Of a stretch of DNA of 64,000 nucleotides, positions 12,281 through 26,155 are shown piece by piece (position 1 is the first letter of the stretch; each line of letters starts with the position of its first letter). Origin of the DNA: Microthyrium microscopicum (taxonomy: Eukaryota). The position numbers and the translations under genes were made by a program. The notes under the pieces were generated by a model. The model saw only the letters and a list, made by a program, of their open reading frames with translations. It had not been told where the DNA came from and did not search any database. The DNA is taken from positions 820,538 through 884,537 of the forward strand of contig MU004235.1 in the NCBI GenBank assembly GCA_010405405.1, in the 5' to 3' direction.

Positions 12281-15081
12281 GGTAAAATGTGCTAAGGGCT
12301 ATTCCTAAATAGGAAATAAATATAGAAGTTTAGGTATTATTCTATATATTAAAAAGCAGTACAAAATATTAACGTTTTTACTATAGATAAAGCTTATAGG
12401 ACTAGGCTAAAATATTAACTCCTTTAATACTATTTTTATGCCTAAAATACGCCTTTAAAGAGATCTATCTCTTCTATATTTTATTATTATTTTTATATCC
12501 TTCTATATTTATTCTATGTCTAATCTTAAAGCTATTTTTAGTATAGTAGTAGAATTTTTGCGTAGTCTTTCTTGCTTTACTAAAGGTTTAATTAGTATTA
12601 TAGTAGTAAGTTTTTTATATAGTCTTCCTTACTTTACTAGAGTAAGAATTAGTATTATAGTAGTTAAAGTAGTAGTAATGCTACCTTATAAAGTTATCTT
12701 AATAATAGTAGAAGCTATTAGTATAGGATTTAAGGCTAAAATAGCTTTTAAAGCTATAGATCTAGCTTTAAGGGTAGTAATATATTGCTTTAACTTCTTA
12801 ATAATATCTTCCTATTAATTGACCTTCTCTTAAAGTACTTTATATAATAGTAGAGCTATATAAGCTATATAGTAGCGTTTTGGTGCTAGTTCTTTATCTT
12901 TAGAGCTACTTAAATTTAAGAAAAGTTTAATAACTTTAGGCGTATTAGTAGTAGTCTTTTTAGTAAAGGGATCTTTAATAGGTATAATATTAAATTAATT
13001 AAGCTCTTATAGTAGTATCTAGCTATTATATTCTTAAAGATTAAAATATTCTTACTATAATAGTTCTAGAGTATTATAAGCTTCTTTTTCTTTATTAGAA
13101 TTAAGTTCTTTAAGCTAATTATTATAGCGTTAGTAGTCTTTATAGCATTTATACTATTTAGTACGCGTCTTATTATATTAAGCTATTATAGTAACTAATT
13201 TATATATAATATCCTCTATTTGTTAATATCCTTCTATAATATCTTAAGCTTATTATTAAGTATTAATTACTTACTTCTTAGCTTAAGATATCTATGATAT
13301 CTTTTACTTTATAGATTATACTAATACTAAAGTATTAATAATATTATAAGATAATAGTACTAGTATCTTAAACTAAGAAAGGATTTAACCTAATAGAGCT
13401 ATAGAACGTAATTAAGATAAAGATACTTAAGGATAACTATTACTATTAATACTAATTAGAAGTAGAATTCCTAGTATAGGTTTAGGTAGTTAAGGGCTAT
13501 AGATTAAATAAAGAGGAGAATCTAAATCTATAACTCTAGAGTAAATTTAATTATAGTACTAATATAGATTAATATTACTTAGTTCTAGCTGCTACTTATT
13601 ATTAAAAGTAAGATATTATTCTATAGTGTAGCTATAAGGTAATCTAAAAATCTTAGTAAAGATATTTAAATATACTATTACTAGTTCTTTATTACTACTC
13701 TTGTTCTTAAACTTTCTATACTATTTTTTAACCTTTTTAATAGCAAATATACTAATAAAGTAATTATACTTCTATAGAACGATTAGAAGGTATTTCTTCC
13801 TTAAATTATATATAAAACTATTAGTATTAATAGCTATAGAGCCTTAAAGCTTATAGAATTAATCTTAAAGGATAATCTTAAGGAAATTAACTACGAAGAG
13901 TAAATCTCTATCTACTTTAACCTATTCTTTAATAGCCTTATAGAGGCTCTCTAATAGCGATATTGTCTTACTATTAAAGTATTAATAGTAATAGGTATAT
14001 ACTTTATAGAACTAATCTTTATATAGTATTTAAGTAGCCTTAATATAAGATGTTAGTTTCTATCCCTTATTATTATTAAATTTAGCTTTAAAAGCTATTT
14101 AGAGCTTATTTAGTTTGTCTTATAATAGGGCGTTTACTACTTATAAGATTATTAGTAAAACAACTATCTAATAAGCAAGATCTAGCTTATCTTAAGTTAT
14201 GCATTATAGGCTACTTTTTAAGCCTTTATCGTTACTATATTACTAGAACTACTTTTAATATAATCTAAGTAGTTATAGATAGCTTTAATACGCTTTTTAA
14301 TATTATAATTTAGGTAGTAGTAGTAAATAAGTTATAGAATAGGCTTATTATTACTAGTACGAAGTTTAGTATAAAGGGTATTCTTTAATACTTTATATTA
14401 ATTAGTAGTAATAATATTTAGTATAGAAATCTTACTATTATCTTAAACAACTTTATTCTACGCCTAAAGAGCTTATTTATACTTATCTTTATTTTTCGCT
14501 ATAAGGAAGATAAATACTATTAAGAAGTAGTTATTAGTTAATGTTAAAGCATAAGAATATAATATTAGTATTTAATAATAATTAGTCTTATAAGTATAAT
14601 TAAATATTGTAACGTTAAGATAATTCTAATAAAGCTTAATTTACTTCTTTAAAGAGATAAGAAAATTCTTAAGATAATTATCTATAATACGTATTTTAAA
14701 TATAAGGTCTAGATACTCTTTTAACTTATTAATTAAGGTCTAAATCAAAGTATAGCCTACTATATGTTAAATTTAAACCTAATTATAGGTATTATAGATA
14801 TCTTTAATAATAATAATAATATTAGGATGTTTCTATTAGATATTTTTAAGTATTTACTTTAGAGTATTCTTTAGTTTTAATAATTACTTAACCTTTATAG
14901 TAATATTAGTTAATTAAATATTATATTAACAATAAGAGGCTAGCGTATTATTTAATATAATTATAAGATAATTATAGTATTCTTTAACGTGTAATTGCTA
15001 ATAGTAAGCTAAATCTTTGTCCTAAGGACGCTTAATAATAATCTTAAAAAGATATTTATTATAAACTAATATATAATTATA

Positions 15082-18000
15082 TAATCTAGATTAAGCATCA
15101 TCGCACTAAAAGATTAATTTCTTAGAATTATTCTATAAAACTATTATTATTAGATTCGTTTTATTAAGACTATTATAATAGTATAACTTTTAACTAGACG
15201 TAAGTAATAGCTAGCGCTATAAAGATAAATAAAGATTTATAGTAGATAACTATTATTATTATAGAGGCTACCTATATTAAAAATAAGGTAATATAGAAAT
15301 AAAAAGATAACCTAAAACTACTACTTATAGAAGTATAGAGAGGAATTAAAGTACTATTAGGAGAACTTATATCTAAAGAAAGAAATCTAATATAACTATT
15401 CCTTAACTAGCTAATAGCTAATTTTGTACGATACTATATATTCTTTATTATAATATAAGACTATATTAAATAACTAGTATTCTACCTAGCTTTAACTATA
15501 AATAAGGCCCCTTTACTAATACGCCTTAAGGCGTATCTTAATTAAAAACTTAATATAATTATAAAGTAGATTACTAAAATTAAAATAATCCCTAACTCCT
15601 AAGCAAAGATTATAAAAAGACCTAATTTACTAATCCCTAACTAAAGAGCCTCTTTTATAAGCCTAATAGTCTAAATTAATATTATAAAAGTAATTAAAAA
15701 TATATTAAAGAAAGATAAGTAGGATAGAGTAAAGCTATTTAAAAAGATTAAGGAAACTATCCTATAGGTAATAGCTATTAAGCTACTACTTAGTAAAAAT
15801 ATTAACATTATAGTTAATATATAATTAAATAAGGACTATATCTAAAATAGGCTATACTAAGTAGGCTTAGATAAGGTTTAGGTTTTATAATAAGACTATC
15901 TAATAAAGATTCTAAGGGCTCTACTTAAACTAAACGTAGCTTATAGTAAGAATATAGATAATAATAAACTAATTAAAAAACTAGTTAATAGAAATAAGAT
16001 AAGGTTTAAACGCCTAGAAATAGAAATAGTTTAGTAGCTCTATAAAGATATAAAGTATAAATAGGTAAAAGAAGAACTAGAAAAGTATAGAAAGATATAT
16101 ACTAAGGAATTACTTATACTATACTACTTAATAATAGTAATAAGAGATAAGGTTATCTAAAAGAAGTTTATTATTAAGGTAGAGGAGCTTTTTACTAAAT
16201 TATACAACTTAAAATATACTACTAAATAATACTTCTACTACTAAGTTTAAGGCTATATATAAATAGCTTATACCTAGTATAAACTAAACTATAGTAAATA
16301 TATAAGTAATTATAATACTAGGGACTATATTAGAATAAGCCTAGTCTAGTACTCTAACTATAAAGATAATAAGAGAGAAAGAAGAGGAGAGAAAAAGTAA
16401 AGCTAAAGATACTATATATAGTAGAAGAATATATATAAAGTATACTAAACCTACTTTAAGAGTATAAAAAGATTCTAAGTAGTAAATAAAAGATATATAG
16501 AATAGATAAGAGCTATAATACTTATCTAAATTATACTAATCTAGCTTATAAATAATAATAAATATACTATAGTAAATAGTATAAAGAAAAGAAAAATAGA
16601 AACTAAGAACCCTAAAAGACTATTAACGTTATAAAAAGTAAAAGATAAAGTACGTAATAACCTAGTTTAAGGTACTTAGAGATTAATTATAAGTATATTT
16701 AACTTTAATAAAGATAATAATAGCTTATAAACTATAAGAGATAGCGCCCTAGAAGACTAATAAAAGAATAACTATAGAAGAGTAGAATAGGCTATAAATA
16801 ACCTTAAGCTAACCTCTAGTAATAAAATAAGTAAAATCTAAATAATAGACTTAGATAAATAGTATTAATATTATATAATATAACTATAAGAGGTTAAATA
16901 AGAGGAAAGTAAGGCTATTCTTTAATATACTAAATAATACTAAGTAACTAATTATAGTAATCTAAGACTCTAAAGGAATTATAAAGCTAAGGAGGATATA
17001 TTACTCTCTTAGCTACGTACTAGTATATAACTAAGATAATTAATTAAGAGTATACTTTATAATAAGTAAAGCGCTTAATATAGGGGACTAATAAGTAAGA
17101 TATTATAACTAATTTATTTTAATACTACGCTTCTAGTATAGGTATATAATACTAATAATTATTAATATATATAGTAAAAGCCTAATAGTAAGTAACTATA
17201 ACTATATTACTAAACGCCTAATATTAATAAAGGTAACTAATAAGGTAGAAGAAGAGATCCTATTAGTAGAAGACTTTAACTACTACTATTATTAATAGGA
17301 AGGCATAGTATTAGCTACTAAACCCTAAGTAAATACCTTACTCTATAATATAATTAAGTAAAGGCTTTATCTATATATACTAGAAGGAGAACTAACCTAT
17401 AAGTTATATAAGAAAAGAAGAGTAAAAGTAGTAAAGATAGTAATTAACTTTACGTTTCTATTCTAATTCTTTTAAGAAAGATTAGAGTTCTATAGCCTAG
17501 TTAATACCTAGGTATTAATAAAAGATTATATCCTAATACTAATTTAGCTAACCCTAGGATAAGAGAAGTATATACTAAAAGTATAATATAATATATAAAA
17601 ACTAGATATAGAATAATTTATTAAATACGTAAATAATAGCTTATAGGATACTAAAGATATACTAATAGAGGCCTTATATAAAGTAATAATAAAAGCACTA
17701 AAGATTTACTACCTAAAAGTAAAACCCTTAAAGTAAGCTTTATATAAATAGTTACTTATAACTACTCTACTAATATAAAGAAAGTGCTACGTAAAATAAA
17801 GATACCTCTAAATAGGGACTAATTAAGATAAGTATATATATAAGTTAGTTATAGCCTAGCTAAGAAAATCTCTACGCTAGAATAAAGTAGTATCTTAATA
17901 GACTTTTATAAAAGAGATTATAAAGGATTATAAATACTATAAGAACTAAGGCCTATAGAGAATAAGTAAATAAATAAGAGCTAAAGCTAATAGACTAAAA

Positions 18001-20383
18001 GAAGACCTATACCTACTAGTACTTAGATAGACTACTAGTAATAACTATATCTATAATAACTAAGGTAAGGTAGATATACTATTTATAAAGTTTTTTCCTT
18101 AAATAAGAGTAGTAGACCTTAGTAATATAGAGGACGCTATCTTACTTTTAGAACTAAAGATAGACTATAAGATAATAGTAAAAGAGATAGATTACGTAAT
18201 TAGTAGCTTCCTAAATCGTAAGGTAATAGAATCTATTAATATACTAAATAAGGTCCTAAAGGCTCTTAAGCTTAAGGCGTAACTAGAAAAGGAGAGTAAT
18301 AATCTAAAACTAACGAAATTTAGTAAAAAACTAGTACTTATAATTAGTAGAATATTAATAAGTAGTATAATCTTAAAATATTTAAAGTAATTCTATATAC
18401 TAGTATTAAAAAAGTTAGGTAAGAAAGACTACTTACTACTAGTAGCCTACTAGCTAATTATCTTTAAGAATATAATAGCAAAGTTAGTTAAAAAGATTAT
18501 TACTAATAGACTTACCTAACTTATAAAAGATAATAACTTACTACCTTAGAACTAGATAAGGGCTAGAGTAGAGTAATTAATACTAATAGTAATATAGCTT
18601 TTAAAGAGTACTATTAAAGTAGCGTAGAAAGAAAATATAAGAGCTATAATATTAGTACTTAGCCTTAACCTTTAAGGAACGTATAATAATATTAATTTAT
18701 AAAGGCTTCTCTATATCCTAAAGATAAAGGAAGTTCCTTAGTAGCTAATTAATATAATAGTAAGCTTTACTACTAATTATATAACCTAAATTATATTTAC
18801 TAGGTACTAAAGCTTAGTAATAATAACTAATATAGAGATTCCCTAAGGATCCCTCCTCTTACCTATTCTCTTCCTCTTCTTTATATTAAAACTACTAGAA
18901 TACTTCTAAGATATAAGTAATAATATCTTTAAATTTAGCTTTATAAACGATACTATATTAGTTATATAAGGTAATATTGCCTAAGAGAACTATATAAGAC
19001 TAAAAGAAGCCTACTAAAAGTATACTAACTAAGTAAATAGGTATAAAGTAAAGTTTATTCTTAATAAGTATTAAGTAATATACTTTACTTAGAATATCTA
19101 CTACTTAGAAGTAGACTTATAGTCTATAGTAATAATAGATAGTATATTTATTAAGCTTATACTAGAGAGTATTAGGGTATTAAGTATATAGATAGATAGA
19201 AGAATAAACTAGAAAGACTATATTAAAAAGACTAGAACTAAAGGATTTAAGTAAGTAGTAGTATTTTTAAGAATAGTATAGTTAAAATAGAGACTAGTCT
19301 TTAGAAAGATAAAGCTCTTTTATATAGTAGTTATTAAGCTAACCCTTATATATAGAATATAAGTATAGAGTCTAAGATTACTATTCTTTAAGGCGCTAAA
19401 GGATTATTATAAACTACTAGTAGTAGTTTAGAATAATATATTTTATAAAATAATAAGAGGGTACTAAAAAACTCCTATTACTTTATTAAATAAAGAAATA
19501 AAAGTTAAACTATTCTAGATAAATACTATAGTTTTAGTAAAAAAATATACTAATAAGAATAAAGACTTAATAATAATATAAAAGATAAGTAAAATTATTA
19601 CTAAAGTATACTAAGCAAACCTTCTAAGGAACTAAAAGATACCTTCCTAGTAGTAATAACTAAAAAGCCTAGTAATACTTAAACTAGTATAAATATATAT
19701 AACTAAGGTTATAGCTTAGGGAGTTAATATACTAAAGTAATAAAAAAAGAGATTAGAGATAAAGTAAAAGCAAGATACTAACTATAAGTAAGTAATATAA
19801 CTAATAGATAATATACTATAGAAAGAAAAGAAGGTAAAAACTAAACTAGAGCTAGAGATATTCCTAATTAGAGTATATTACTATAAGCTCTAAATAAATA
19901 CTTAAATATAGCTTATAAAGACGTAATAGCATACTACTATAGTATAAAGAACGTTATAAAGTAACTAATTAATTAAGCTTTATAATAGTCTTAATAAAGT
20001 ATAAGTAATAGTACTCTTCCTTATATAATTAGAAGTTATTAGACTTAATAACTAGCTATATAGTATATAAGTACTAATAGTTTTCCTACTATAGTACCTA
20101 TATAGTTACTAGTAATAAATAATTTACTATATACTACTAAACTACTTATAATATTATAGAGAAAGATTACTAGAATAAGTAATAATACTAAATAAGGCTT
20201 ATATACTCTTTAATTTAAGAGATACCTAGGTAGTAGCTAAATAGCTACTAAAAAGTAGAGCTTTTTAATAATTTAGGCTAACTAAAAAAATTATAAAAAT
20301 AAACCTTAAGGCGTATAGAGAACTACTAAGACTTAAGAATCCTATAAATAACTAACTATAATATTATAGTACTAATAAATTAG
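15082..20383 (+). mobile_element. RIP-inactivated Tad1-like non-LTR retrotransposon (ORF1, endonuclease, reverse transcriptase) nested in the MULE
   Basis: RIP-reverted endonuclease GDFN at ~17269-17280; RT GIPQGSPLSPILFLF at 18835-18879 and FVDD at 18940-18951; Cys/His-knuckle-like ORF1 remnant near 16230-16450. Boundaries are tentative and rest on a 15-bp direct repeat TAATATATAATTATA at 15067-15081 and 20384-20398. Confidence 0.8.
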
Positions 20384-22644
20384 TAATATATAATTATAAA
20401 GGAAATAGCTAAGTCTAAGAACGTAATTAATTTTATTTTATATTTATCTACTACTTTTTATTAAATAATAATACTACCCTACCTAATAACTAGGATATTT
20501 CTATTAATAAATTTATCTTTATACTTTAAGTATAAAGCTTTAATAAGATAGCTTATAAGTAAGCTAAATTAGTAGCTAGTATAGCTATATTAACCTTTAG
20601 CTTCTTTTTCTTTTACTACGCTAATAAGGCTATAATAGAAATAAACTAAGCCTTATAGCTAGTAAACTTGCTTACTAAACTTTTTATAACCTCTACTTAC
20701 TTAGTAGCCTCTTTATCTATACTTAATAATATATACTCTTTAATACTTTAATAAGAGTTAACTAAGTTAGCTATTATCTTATTAAAAACGTATTAAAGGT
20801 ACTTACCCTACTCCTTTAACTTTACTAGTACTTTACTATAATATTAAAAAAGGTAAAAAATTAAAAGTAAGGATATACTTATAGCTTTATACTTAGAACG
20901 TTACTTTTTATAATAAGAATAAAAACGCTAGCTAGGGCTAGCCTAACTATAAATATAGGTAATTATTATAGTAAGCGCGCTAAAACTAACTAAGTACTTA
21001 CTATTAAGTAACTCTATATAATAGTATAATACTTAGAGATAACGTAAATAGATTCTTATACTAAAGATATATATAGTCTATATTATAATAGTTAATATTA
21101 TATACGTAAAGATACTAAAAGACTTATAATAAAAGCTAAGATAGAACTAGCTAATTTTACGTCTAAGAATAAAGTAGTATTTTTAACGTTTATAGATAAA
21201 GTAGTTTTTACTTTCTTTAGAGATAATAAAAGAAGGATACCTATAGGCATAAAATATTTACTAGGTACCTAAAGGCAAGAAGGAGAAAAGAAAGGAAAGC
21301 CTATAAAGGACTTACCCTTAGAAGAAGAATTAAGAAGAATAAGAAGCATAATAGAAACTTAGAGAAAAAGAAGTAACTAAAACTATATAGATTTAAAATA
21401 CTTTATACCCTAAAGGTAGACTATATAGACTACTAGAAACTTAGAGGCTACTATTTAGTAGCCTATTATATAATATTAAAGAGTATAGATTAATAGGAAA
21501 AACTTAATTAAAGAGTATTATAAGTACCTTACTTAATAGGCATTAAAAGAAAGGGCTTAATATAGCTAAGGGACGCTATAATACTAAAGCCTATTAAGGA
21601 TAAAAATTAATTATAAAAACTTAAGAATACGTATTATATATACCTATTATAAAACTATATAGAAAGTTAACTATATAAGGATAATAGCTATAGGCCTTTA
21701 GGAAGAGGAAGATTAATAAAAACTTATTAAACTATAATAACAAAACTTAATAATAAGGTAATACTAAATAAAAATAGGTACTAAAAAGCTAGATCTAACC
21801 TATTCTAAGGGACGCTATAGCCTTAAGTAATTAAATAATAGATAAGTCCTAAAAGGGAAACTAGTAATAGGAATAGTATTAAGGATTAAGATCTTAGCGC
21901 GTAGTATAGAATCTATATAACGTATAATATACTTAAGCTATATAAGGCCCTTAGTAGTTAGTAACTACTAGTTACTTACTATATTAACCTACTAACTAGA
22001 ATTCCTTTAGTAAGCTTTATAGTTTATAGAGAGATAATATAAGTCTTTCTATTTAGAAGTAGTAGACTAAGAGGATATTATAACAATACTAGAATAAGGC
22101 TACTAAAAGGCAACTAAAGGAATACTATAGGTTTCCCTACAGAGGTTTTTCTAAAAGTAAGAGTAGCGTCTACATAGCCCATTAGCGTAGCTAAAAGACA
22201 ATAAATAAGATTCATATATAATTATATAATCTAATACTCTTTAGGGTATATTCTCTTTACTTTAAGTATTTAAGATATATAGCGTAAATCTTATTCTTCT
22301 TATTCTTCTTATCTTACTTCTTTTATATAGAATAATTATTATTTTTATTATAAATTATAACTATATCTTTTACTTCTTACTAGCTATTATATAATAGCGC
22401 TACTAAGATATTTAGAATAGGTAGCTAATTTATAATAGTTAATAGTAGTAGGAATATTATAGTATTAGTAGTAGTAGAGAGTTATAGTAGAAAAGAGTTA
22501 ATAGAATAAAGTTAGAAAATAATATAGTAGAGCCCTAGTATATTTTAGGCTAAATCCTACTATATTAGGTTAGTTTAATATAAAAGTAGAGAGAATTATT
22601 ATATTAGGTTAGCGTTGGTTAGGGCTTATACTAATAAATAATCT

Positions 22645-22711
22645 AGAGGGGGATTTTAGTAGATCTTGAGGGGGATTTTAGCTGATTCAAGGGGGGATTT
22701 TAGAAACAGCC
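22645..22711 (-). repeat. Right TIR of the MULE
   Basis: GGGGGATTTTA three times, ending in AGAAACAGCC, directly followed by the TSD AAAGCTGAT. Confidence 0.92.
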
Positions 22712-22977
22712 AAAGCTGATCGCCCCACATTTACTATCGCTCAAAGGCCAAATATGGCGCTCAACTTTTGCTCTGCTTTTTCCTTAGTGGTGAAAGCTAT
22801 CGCGACGTGCATAACCCCGCGGAGGATAGCTCTAAGTAGTAGTGGGAGCGGTAGGTAAATAATAGTATGGTGTCCAGACTCCAGATGATAAGATCCCTCA
22901 GATTCCTTCCTGTACAATCTGGTACTCTTCTCTTACTCATCTTTCCGTTTGACTCAGACCTTGACCCGACGCTGAAA

Positions 22978-24491
22978 ATGATTGCCTTTGGGACTACGGT
23001 CGTTTTGAGTGCCATCGCCTCTGTGGCATCAAGTCAAGATACAGTGTATGCGGTGTATATGTTCCATCGTCACGGTGATCGCACTTCAAAAGCAACACCA
23101 CCAACGAGTCTGACAGTACTCGGCTATGATCAGGTCATCTCATCAGGAACGTATTATAATAAACGATACGTAGACGCAAGCTCTCCCAACTACATCGCCG
23201 GTCTCTCTACCAGCCTTGTAAAGAACTCTCAAATCGCGGTCTCTGCTCCAGCAGATACAGTCCTTCAGAACTCTGCAAATGGATTTCTCCAAGGATTGTA
23301 TCCTCCAGTAGGATTCCAGACGGATACTTTGGCAAATGGAACCACACTTTCAGCACCTATGAACGGTTATCAACTTATCCCAATTGGTCTGACCAGCAAC
23401 GGCGCAGGAAGTGAAAACAATGGATGGCTACAGGACGCAAGCGGTTGTGCTAATGCCGTAACAAGCTCAAACAACTATTTCTTTTCGAAAGAATACCAGA
23501 CGCTACTCAATTCCACGGGCAGTTTCTTTACTCGACTTGATCCAGTCACCAATCGTACCTTTGCCGACAGCTACATGACATATAAAAACGCATATTCAAG
23601 TAAGTCTATCAACTTCATCAAACTGTTTAAGGAATGATGGGACGTGAACGCCCATAGGAGAATATGTTTGAACATGGGAAAAGGCTGAATTCTGACATTA
23701 ATTTCGCAGTCTTTGATCTCATCAACGTGGCCAGAATTCACAACAAAACCATCCAATCAGACAACTTATTGGATGCCCCTACTGTTCTCGAACTTCAAGT
23801 TCTAGCTAATCAGCACGAGCTCGGTTTAGCGTACAACGCTTCAGACAACGCGCGCGCTGTTCCTGGCATGCAACTGGCTGGCGAGATTGTTACCTTCCTC
23901 AACAACTCCATCACAACCAAGGGCGCCAGCAAATTTGGCATTCAGTTTGGCTCCTACAACTTCTTCATGAGCTTTTTCGGCCTTGCCAACCTTACAAGTG
24001 TCAATGCCAACTTCACTGGCATTCCTGACTATGCCAGCTCCATGGTTATGGAACTCTTTGGTCCCAACTCTACCAGCTACCCAAGTCCATCAGATTTGAA
24101 AGTGCGATTCTTGTACTCCAATGTTTCCACTGGTATATCTGGAGGCCCAGTAGCCTATCCTCTCTTTGGTGGAAGTGCTCTCGAAGTTTCTTGGACGGAT
24201 TTCCAAAACAACATGTCTTCGTTTGGCATCGAGTCTACGGCTAAATGGTGCAGTGTCTGCGGCAATACCACGGGCGTGTGCGCCAGCTCCAGTGGTGCTG
24301 CCGGTGCCAGTGGCTCCTCATCCTCATCGTCAACTTCAGGAAGCCATATGTCGAACGCTGTTGCAGGAGTCATTGGCGCCATGGTTACTCTAGCCGTCAT
24401 ATTGGGATTGGAAGCTCTCGTTGCTCTGATTGCTGGCCTCCGCGTTGTGAAGAAAGGCAAGAGTGTACCTGCCAATGGCTCCAAAGCCTAA
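22978..24491 (+). CDS. Histidine acid phosphatase superfamily protein, secreted with a C-terminal membrane anchor (2 exons)
   Basis: Signal peptide MIAFGTTVVLSAIASVASS; catalytic RHGDRT; intron 23600-23709; Ser-rich linker, then TM segment AVAGVIGAMVTLAVILGLEALVALIAGL. Confidence 0.88.
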
Positions 24492-24688
24492 ACAACGACG
24501 TCCATCTCCCCAGCAATGAAATTATGGTTCATATTCATCATGTCGCTACGGTCAATATCTAATGTACTTTGCCAAATTCAATGGAACTCTCAAGCCACAA
24601 CTGCTTGTTTGCCAAGTATACCGTATCAAGCATGTGAAAAACAAATACAAACTACGATTAATTGATTGATTAAACTGCTTATATAGGA

Positions 24689-26155
24689 TCAGACAGCTTT
24701 GGCCCATATGAAATTGGCGAGCGCCATTCCTTCGGCTCCCATATCGCTATGAGCCGAGTCTGGTCGTCTAAATGTCCAAGTCAGCGAAATTGGAGGTTCA
24801 TGTATGGGGAAAACACTTACAATCTATGTTTTGTCAGATCGTAGTCCGCTGTCATCTTCAATTTATCACCCTTCTTGAATGCAATGGCCTTTTCACAAGG
24901 GATGTACGATGAGATTGTTTCCCACTTTGAGCCTCCCACGACTGCTTCGGAGCCTGAGTCTGAACCATATACTGCCTTTGTTTCACAAACATCCTTTCCT
25001 ATATTCATTTAATTTGAGTAAGCTAGGAGTTTGTCGGACGACATACCATTCAAAAAGATGTTGATTTTCTCACCACCATCATGAAGATGTGGCATCCAGT
25101 TGACAAAGTAGCCATTCTCAGTGATAATGTACTCTGAACCAGTATACTTGATAGGCTTGTCAGCTGGAGGCATGAAACCAGCGGTCGGTCCAGCACAGCC
25201 CTCTACGCTGAGAGCGCCCATCCCTACGTTCATGAGACCTGGTGTCTTGCCAGGTAAAAACTCGTAGTCAAGTGACAGGTATATTTCTTTCTCCTTCGGG
25301 TTGTAGTTCACGATTTCGGATGAGAATTGAAAGGCGTCATACTTTCCAATGTATGCTCCGGTTTTGATGTCACTGTTTGGCGCAGCAAATGCGCTTCCTG
25401 ATCCAGCAGATCCACCACCTCCAACAAATACGGACGAGGTAAAGTCCTGACGCTTGCGGTGTCCATGGCCAGCCATGCTACCTCCAGCTTGTTTTGGAGC
25501 AGTACTAGGTTTAGCACCTGAGAGTGAAGAATTGCATGATACTGGGAAAATTGGCGGAATTAGTTGCGGTCGACCAACCTGCAAGCGTCAATTGTAAGTC
25601 AATCTATGGGGTCAGATAGGACTACATACCTGAGATATAATTATATGGTGCGTGTAAACACCAGTTCCAACATCTGCTTGAGTTCCGTTTTTGTATGCGA
25701 GATTCGCTACAGCCTTGAGTACCGTACAGTCAGTACATGGTGGAGAAATCCAGCCGTTCAGTACATCGCTGCTTGGATCGAGTTTGATTCCATTGCTAAA
25801 GCCTGGTCCTGCGTGGGTAGCCTTAAGTCATGTTAGTTACAGGCTGAAACTATTGAGAAATGGTTGAGGACTGACGTTTTTGCCTGGGAGACTATAGGGT
25901 CCCCACAGTTTGAACTCTCGGGTGGCTTTGGGGTCATATTGTGCTTTCAATGACTTTGCAACCTGACCGGGTTTTGCTGGACCCACGAGGGATGTGATCA
26001 AGCTCCCTAACATCTGTCTTGGGCCTAGCATTCATGATTAGTGCTGAAGAAATCAAGCTATAGAAGAGCGCGGTACGTAGTTCTTTCGTCGATGCGTGTT
26101 GAATAGCTGCCCCCTCAACAACGAGGGGAACAGCCAATAGGGCTATAGTTTTCAT
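24689..26155 (-). CDS. Secreted uncharacterised protein, SURNod19/copper type II monooxygenase (PHM)-like motif pattern, paralog A (about 6 exons)
   Basis: Signal peptide MKTIALLAVPLVVEGAAI; WGPY, PCTDCTVL, GVYTHHII, EIVNY, PHLHDGG, C...AVYG, GDKLKMTADYD; last exon RPDSAHSDMGAEGMALANFIWAKAV*. Confidence 0.75.

Larger units (their letters stand above)
12214..22711 (-). mobile_element. RIP-inactivated Mutator-like (MULE) DNA transposon, about 5.2 kb of its own sequence plus a nested LINE
   Basis: TIRs start GGCTGTTTCTAAAATCCCCC (12214-12280 and 22645-22711). A perfect 9-bp TSD AAAGCTGAT flanks them (12205-12213, 22712-22720). RIP-reverted minus-strand motifs: CPF...W...HNH (FAR1/WRKY-GCM1, ~15054-14960), KTTSPLESLHKAIK (~13969-13928), FGLPCSH (~13648-13628). 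Confidence 0.88.

Noticed and set aside
12516..12818. 100-aa hydrophobic ORF, and likewise the ORF at 62259-62543
   Set aside because: Chance open frames in RIP-mutated transposon DNA. The second is a degraded RT fragment, not a functional gene.
12300..22600. AT-rich blocks as mitochondrial insertions or foreign low-GC DNA
   Set aside because: TpA excess, CpA/TpG loss and revertible transposon motifs indicate RIP.
12205..22720. Starship giant transposon or large cargo element
   Set aside because: No DUF3435 tyrosine-recombinase captain gene; TIRs plus a 9-bp TSD fit Mutator.
22867..22977. Upstream ATG extension of the acid phosphatase in the ORF track
   Set aside because: The signal peptide begins at the ATG at 22978, which has a good AAAATG context; the extension is probably 5' UTR.
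23600..23709. Possible C/D-box snoRNA in the phosphatase intron (ATGATGG...CTGA)
   Set aside because: Imperfect C box, weak terminal stem and no recognisable rRNA guide.
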